Below, one piece after another: positions 59,954 through 64,000 of a stretch of DNA of 64,000 bases. Origin of the DNA: an uncultured Candidatus Rokubacteria bacterium (GTDB lineage Bacteria; Methylomirabilota; Methylomirabilia; Rokubacteriales; CSP1-6); NCBI GenBank assembly GCA_963771355.1, contig CAVYTA010000007.1, forward strand, positions 640,001 to 704,000, read 5' to 3'. The notes beneath the pieces were generated by a model. That model ran no database searches. It saw nothing but the letters and a program-made list of their open reading frames with translations, and was not told where the DNA came from. A program made the translations under genes and the position numbers. Position 1 is the first letter of the stretch. Every line of letters begins with the position of its first letter.

Positions 59954-60169
59954 ATGACGATGGACGGCGAGATCAAGCGAGAGGCGGCGTTCGCGGGGCA
60001 GCGGGTCAAGCAGAAGGTCGTCTTCGCCCGCGCCCTCTGCTCGGTCATCCCGCTCCTCGTCCTGGCCTACGTGTTTTACGGCAACCTCGTGCTGTGCCGT
60101 CGGCTCCTGGGACGGCCGGTCTGGGATTTCTCATCGGGTGACACGCGTGCCACCGTGGCAGCCGCCTAG
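59954..60169 (+). pseudogene. N-terminal fragment of a paralog of the 54948-56912 membrane signalling protein
   Basis: IKREAAFAGQRVKQK...CSVIPLLVLAYVFY vs IQREIAFSGKQVRHK...SSLIPLLILAYVFY; similarity stops after the first TM helix. Confidence 0.75.
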
Positions 60170-60273
60170 CGCGGCGCGTCGAAGTAAACACGGTGATCTT
60201 TATCGCAATGTGCTGTGGCAAGAACTTGTTGCGCTACCGCGATCGATTCGACAGTAGTAGAGGAGGTCCCGAA

Positions 60274-62331
60274 ATGGCCACGCAGTCCTTGTTGCGGTCT
60301 TCCCGAAGTGCCTTCGCCGCATTGGCAGTGCTTCTCGTCGTTACGGTACTGCCGCTGCACGTCCCGGCTGTTGAAGGGGCGGAGCCCGTCGTTCCTGCTC
60401 AAGGTTCTGCTGATGGCACGCCCTCACCGACTTCAAGAGGTCACGGGCGCGGTGTGATCCGCACGGTAGGAGCGGCTCGCACCGCGAGCCGCCACATCCT
60501 CGTGCAGCTGCATCCGCGCACCGACGAGATGCGGTTCATGCAGGACGCCCACGCCCAAGGCTTGCGCCGGCTGAGCCGTGTGTATGGCACGACGTGGCTC
60601 AGGATGGCTGTCCCGGCGGGAGCCAATCCCGCCCAGGCAGCGGCGGCGGCCCGAACGCTGCCGGGCGTGTTGCGAGCCACGCTGGACTCTGTGGTGACGA
60701 TCAACGACCAGATTCCTCCTCGAGATCCGATCTACAAGAATGACGACGATCCCTCCACGAAGCCATGCGACCCGCTCCTCGAGATCTGTGACCCCTGGAC
60801 GTTGGTCGACCAGTGGGGTCTCTTCAAGGTTGAAGCAGAGACTGGATGGGTCGTCCAACGCGGCGGGCCGGGCGTCGTCATCGCCATCCTCGACAGCGGA
60901 ATCGACCTCGACCATGACGATCTGTGGGCGAAGCTCTGGACGAATCCGGGCGAGGTTCCCGGTAACGGGATCGACGATGATGGCAATGGCCTTGTCGATG
61001 ACGTGCACGGGGCCGATTTCGCCGGCAGCAATGTCGGCGGTCTGTTCGATGACCCTGGCTCCCAGGATGGGAATCCGGATGTTCCGATGGGAGGCGCGTG
61101 GGTCGTGGACCCGACGGCGACGTTCGGGATTCGTTTCGTCGGCGATGCGGCCGCAGGCGACGGGGACGACAACAACCTCGACGGGTTGATTGATATCGGC
61201 GTCACTCACGGAACATTCGTGGCGGGGATTGCCGGTGCCATGACCGACAATGTCAATCCCCAAACGCTTCAGGCCGAAGGCATGGCTGGTGCCTGCTGGC
61301 ACTGTAAGCTGATGCCGGTGCGCATGATCAATGCCGAGGGCTGGGCTTTCGGCTCGGATGCAGCCTCGGCAATCTATTACGCGGCGAACATGGGCGCCCA
61401 TGTCATCAACATCAGCTGGGGCATCGACCTCAGCGGGGCCGATCCGTCCGAGGTGGAGGCGATCCAGGTCATAGCTGACGCCATCGATTTCGCCGCAAGC
61501 CGCGGGGTGATCGTGGTGGCGGCAGCGGGAAACAGCGGCACGGCCGGCCTGCACTTTCCCGCCATCATGAAGAATACGATTGCGGTGGGAAGCTCCAACT
61601 GGCTCGATCGACGTTCTGCCTTCTCCAGTCACGCCGTTCCGGCCGAGATTCCCGATAACGGTCTCGATGATGATGGGAACGGCTGGGTGGATGACGTGCT
61701 CGATGTCGTCGCTCCCGGAGAGCTGATCTGGAGCACTGCCGTCTTGAGCGCGTACGACTCGCTGCTTTACGAACTGCTCGGTCTACCGGGGCTGGAGCCG
61801 GGGACGGACACGTATGGAGCGGCGGATGGCACGTCGTTCTCCACCCCGCTCGTGTCGGGTTACGTGGGGCTCCTCCTCTCACAGAATCCGGGAGCGACGC
61901 TGCGCCAAGTGCGGCAGGCCATCCGCGCGAACGCCCGGGACCTCCTCGACCCGCAGGGCGTTGGGGCTTCGCTGGTGGGATACGATGCCTACTCCGGTTT
62001 CGGGCGGCTCCGCATGGTCGTGACCACGCTGACCCCGGAGCCGAACGCGCCTCCTGTTGCGAATGCCGGCCCCGATCAAGCTGTCTTCGTCAAGGGCAAG
62101 GCGGTGGCCTCAACGGTGACGCTCGATGCTTCGGGCTCGCATGACCCGGATGGCACGCTTGTCTCTTACCAGTGGCTTGAGAACGGCGCTCAGATCGCTA
62201 CGGGGAAAACGGCAGCAGTGAGCCTCGGGATCGGCTCTCACACGATCACGTTGCGAGTGACCGACGACGATCAGGCAAGCAGTGAAGATCAGTTGACCGT
62301 TGATGTCAACAAGCGCGGTGGGAGGAAATAA
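60274..62331 (+). CDS. Secreted S8 (subtilisin-like) serine peptidase with Asp-rich Ca-binding inserts and C-terminal PKD-like domain
   Basis: Signal peptide; ILDSG, THGTFVAG, AAGN, GTSFSTP; two NGxDDDGNGxVDD motifs; PVANAGPDQ...LDASGSHDPDG...ITLRVTD; RBS AGGAGG. Confidence 0.93.
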   Translation: MATQSLLRSSRSAFAALAVLLVVTVLPLHVPAVEGAEPVVPAQGSADGTPSPTSRGHGRGVIRTVGAARTASRHILVQLHPRTDEMRFMQDAHAQGLRRLSRVYGTTWLRMAVPAGANPAQAAAAARTLPGVLRATLDSVVTINDQIPPRDPIYKNDDDPSTKPCDPLLEICDPWTLVDQWGLFKVEAETGWVVQRGGPGVVIAILDSGIDLDHDDLWAKLWTNPGEVPGNGIDDDGNGLVDDVHGADFAGSNVGGLFDDPGSQDGNPDVPMGGAWVVDPTATFGIRFVGDAAAGDGDDNNLDGLIDIGVTHGTFVAGIAGAMTDNVNPQTLQAEGMAGACWHCKLMPVRMINAEGWAFGSDAASAIYYAANMGAHVINISWGIDLSGADPSEVEAIQVIADAIDFAASRGVIVVAAAGNSGTAGLHFPAIMKNTIAVGSSNWLDRRSAFSSHAVPAEIPDNGLDDDGNGWVDDVLDVVAPGELIWSTAVLSAYDSLLYELLGLPGLEPGTDTYGAADGTSFSTPLVSGYVGLLLSQNPGATLRQVRQAIRANARDLLDPQGVGASLVGYDAYSGFGRLRMVVTTLTPEPNAPPVANAGPDQAVFVKGKAVASTVTLDASGSHDPDGTLVSYQWLENGAQIATGKTAAVSLGIGSHTITLRVTDDDQASSEDQLTVDVNKRGGRK

Positions 62332-62374
62332 GGATCCAAGGCTCGAGGCCTTGACGGCTCACCGATCACGACCG

Positions 62375-62560
62375 CCTGACGCCGACTTCTGTCCGGAGCG
62401 CGGCGCGAAGCTCGCGGTTGGCTGCGTCGGGTGTGGACCACGACCACGAACGTTGCCCGACACAAGTTCTGCAAGAAGTGCGGCAAACCTTTGGGCAACG
62501 CCGTCGACGCGGGGCGGGCTCCCGGGACGTCGCCATCGCTAGAGGGGTATGTCCCCAAGC
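62375..62560 (+). pseudogene. Degraded double-zinc-ribbon N-terminus of a cyclase/AAA protein
   Basis: PDADFCPERGAKL..CVGCG(fs)..HKFCKKCGKPL...YVPK parallels ADARFCEECGARM..CPACG...KKFCGHCG...YTPK at 43144. Confidence 0.65.
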
Positions 62561-62876
62561 AGGAGCAACAGACGAATGGATCTCCAATGCAGAAGATCTA
62601 CGAGGTGCTCAGGGAACTTCAGCGGGGCATGTTTTAGTGGCGTGCTGTGTTCGAGGTGGCGGTGCGCAGAAAGCTGCTGAGACATTTGGTGAAAACGTGG
62701 CCGTGACTGAAACACGGATTCCATCCGGATCTCGAAGCTGAACTCGAGGGACCTGTTCGCCTGCAAGTGGTTGCGGGCCCCCGCAACCATGCAAACTGAC
62801 CGACTACTGCCGAGACGCCCGCGTAGCTGGTTTGCTGACGATCACATAGCCCATTGGGGAAGGGACCTCGTGGCGC

Positions 62877-63089
62877 TCAGGCCGCGAGCGCGACGCCTTC
62901 GATGCAAAACGTTAGCGATGCGTTCCAACCCTCGGAATAACCCCCCGGGGTCACCACCTTATTAGCAGCGGGTGTCGCCAAGATGAGCCGCTCGATTCCA
63001 GCCTGCCCCGTGAAACGGTAACACCGGCCGGCGTCATCTTCCTCCGGCATGAGGATGATTCGTCCCTTAACAGGCGCATCACGCAGCAT
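62877..63089 (-). pseudogene. Second serine recombinase C-terminal remnant, fused in-frame across the att repeat to an ...ALAA tail
   Basis: KGRIILMPEEDDAGRCYRFTGQ aligns with VGRLTCEAFEKDGRRGYRFTGQ; then VVTP (att core) and GGYSEGWNASLTFCIEGVALAA*. Confidence 0.7.
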
Positions 63090-63243
63090 CGCTGGTGCAG
63101 ATCCGTTACGGAGACGAAGCCGCCATCACCGACGTCACTCGAGCGAAGCCGGTGATGCCGACGCCGCAGCAGACCGATCAGGGCGCGCGGCGGCCGCCGG
63201 AGATTCGCCCGCAGGATAGTCGAGCGGCCTGCTGGGTCGCGCG

Positions 63244-64000
63244 TCAGCGCTCGCCGACGACGAAGTGAAGACCGGCCAGCTTGAGGCGGATCGCGTCCCG
63301 CTGGTGCGGGCGGACGGCATCGGCGTGGGCGGTGGCCAGCTCCAGCGCGCTCTGCAAGTGGCTGATCGCCTCCGGGTTGGCGCCCGATGAGCACGGCGCC
63401 GTCGGCGGCGGTCAACAGGTAGGGCAGCGCCGCGATGGCCCGATCGCTCCGAACCCAGTGGTGGGCGAGCTGGTCGCAGACCTCCTCGGTGCGGCCGCGA
63501 TACAGCGACTCGATCGTCTCCGCAGCCCGCCCGTGACGCGTCTTGCGGTCGGCCTGGAGTAGCGTGCCGTAGGCCACCTCCTGGGTCAGGACGTGGTGGA
63601 AGCTCAGCATGGCAATGCCGCCGCCGGCCTCTTGATCGAGGAGCCCGCGGCGCTCGAGCAGCGCCAGGTCCTCGTCGAACTGCTCGCCCGGCGTCAGCGC
63701 GCGCAGGTGCGCCAGCAGGAAGCGCTTGCCGAGCACCGCCGCGTCGGCGATCAGGTCGCGCGCGGAGGGCGACAGGCGGTCGATGCGCGCCGCGATCAGC
63801 GCGTGCAGGGTAGGCGGTACCACGGCGGCAGCGTCCGCGGTCAGATCGTAGGCGCCGTCGGCGAGGACGAGGCCGCCGCGCTCCCGGAATGCCCGGACGA
63901 GCTCCTCGGCATAGAACGGGTTGCCCTGTGCCCGCTCGGCCACGGCCCGGCGCAGTCTCTCGCGCGCCGGGTAAGGATCGAGCTGGGCATCCACCAGCGC
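63244..64000 (-). CDS. C-terminal part of an AAA/STAND (cyclase-associated) protein, partial; frameshift near 63383-63385
   Basis: RAQGNPFYAEE, VPPTLHALIAARIDRL, FHHVLTQEVAY, LAHHW; corrected end ...RLKLAGLHFVVGER*. Confidence 0.8.

Larger units (their letters stand above)
59074..62958. mobile_element. Decayed ~3.9 kb integrative island at tRNA-Glu, bounded by 14-bp direct repeats
   Basis: CCGGGGTCACCACC at 59074-59087 and 62945-62958; recombinase remnant inside; more A/T than the flanking core genes. Confidence 0.8.

Noticed and set aside
60215..60232. TGGCAAGAACTTGTTGC as a sigma54 promoter for the S8 protease
   Set aside because: GG-to-GC spacing does not fit the strict 10-nt requirement.

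Overview
High-GC bacterial chromosome segment. The gene-family profile (double-zinc-ribbon class III cyclase/AAA/TPR proteins, multi-GAF histidine kinases, PF04392-type ABC substrate-binding proteins, small CxxC proteins) suggests Candidatus Rokubacteria/Methylomirabilota; this is an inference. 1-13.2 kb: accessory metabolism (sodC, SDR, a peptide-type ABC cassette without ATPases, amidase, 3-hydroxyacyl-CoA dehydrogenase, orphan pilin, lipoproteins). 13.4-34.5 kb: dcw cell-division cluster (mraZ to ftsZ, lacking murG and ddl), then pgeF-yggS-proC-yggT-divIVA-yggU-mtnA. 34.6-46.7 kb: SagB-type oxidase, aminotransferase V, histidine phosphatase, hisZ, purA, two MFS genes and a large cyclase-STAND protein. 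47-64 kb: two plastic regions around tRNA-Lys(TTT) and tRNA-Glu(TTC). Best candidate for a new system: a ~3.9 kb island bounded by a 14-bp repeat of the tRNA-Glu 3' end. The attachment core lies in-frame inside the C-terminus of a large serine recombinase. Integration gives the recombinase a tail read from the antisense tRNA, while the excised form would end in an ssrA-like '...VALAA' degron, suggesting an integration-dependent proteolytic switch. Many single-base indels at G/C runs, including in essential genes, suggest consensus errors, so frameshift calls need caution.
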